This document shows, in pieces, positions 63,198 to 64,000 of a stretch of 64,000 bases of DNA (position 1 is the stretch's first letter; every line of letters begins with the position of its first letter). Where the stretch lies: assembly GCF_963921235.1 (NCBI RefSeq), contig NC_086097.1, positions 232,874,001 through 232,938,000 of the forward strand. The letters are read 5' to 3'. The notes beneath the pieces were generated by a model. That model searched no databases and was not told where the DNA came from. It was given only the letters and a program-made list of their open reading frames with translations. The stretch comes from Mobula hypostoma (taxonomy: Eukaryota). Both the position numbers and the translations under genes were made by a program.

Positions 63198-64000
63198 ATA
63201 TGCCCGTAGTATTGGAAACAAGGTTAGTGAATTTGTGGCATAGATCAGTACCAAGGTATATAATTTAGTGGCCATTACAGAATCCTGGTTGCAAGGTGAA
63301 GATGACTGGGAATTAAATATCCAGGGATATCAGGTAATATGGAAAGATAAGTAGGAAGGCAGAGGAGGTGGGGTGGCGCTCTTAATTAAGGATGAGATCA
63401 GGGTGATTGTGAAAGATGATATAAGATCTATGGAGCAGAATGCTGAGTCCATCTGGGTTGAGATTAAGAATAGTAAAGGGAAAAAAACACTGGTGGGAAT
63501 TGTCTATAGGCCACCTAATAAAAATATTGCAGTGGCAGAGGCGATTAACCAAGAAATAACTGAGGCTTGTAAGAACGGAACAGCAGTTGTCATGGGGATT
63601 TTAACCTCCACATAGATTGGGTGAATCAGGTTGGTCAAGGAACTCTTGAGGAGAACTTCATAGAATGCATCCATGATGGCTTTCTTAAGCAGCATGTTAG
63701 TGAACCTACAAGGGAAAATGCTATCTTAGATCTAGTCCTGTGCAATGAGACAGGTAAGATTAATGATCTTGTAGTCGGGGATCCTCTTAGAAAGAGTGAT
63801 CATAGTATGATTGAATTTTGCATTCAGATGGAGGATGAAATAGTTAGATCTAAAACTAGTGTATTATGCTTGAACAAGGGAGACTACAACAGGATGAGGG
63901 AGGAATTGGCTAATGTGGATTGGGAGCACAGGCTATTTGGTAGGACAGTTGCGGAACAGTGGAATACTTTCAAAGAGATTTTTCACAGTGCTCAACAAAA
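63198..64000 (+). mobile_element. CR1 ORF2 APE endonuclease region, runs off the window
   Basis: ARSIGNK, VAITESWL, GGGVALLIK, ESIWVEI, GIVYRPPN, MGDFN, ILDLVL, SDH. Confidence 0.88.

Noticed and set aside
1..64000. CRISPR array, prokaryotic operon or host protein-coding gene
   Set aside because: No regularly spaced repeats and no gene-dense organisation; no exon recognisable by eye, although short exons cannot be excluded

Overview
Eukaryotic, repeat-dense, apparently non-genic DNA (gene desert or very large intron). It is most consistent with a cartilaginous fish (shark/ray), inferred from the repeat inventory: HE1/V-SINE-like SINEs, CR1, Rex1/Babar, L1, RTE, R4/Dong, Penelope-like and Gypsy elements. 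I recognise no host exon, rRNA, tRNA gene or CRISPR array; nearly all listed ORFs are retroelement fragments or their antisense shadows. Largest features: a full-length but disabled L1-clade element (41868-49484, minus, 10-bp TSD) carrying a young CR1 insertion with an open 518-aa RT frame, and a multi-family nest at 11.2-15.6 kb. The most interesting signals are at RNA level: (i) an HDV-like nested pseudoknot starting exactly at the TSD-defined 5' end of a short non-autonomous RTE-type element (three copies); (ii) about ten minimal hammerhead ribozyme motifs in Penelope-like element ends, one inside a perfect 90-bp inverted repeat; (iii) two R4/Dong insertions at the same TAA-rich site in another LINE's 3' UTR. 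Family calls come from motif recognition by eye, not database searches. Boundaries without a TSD are approximate.
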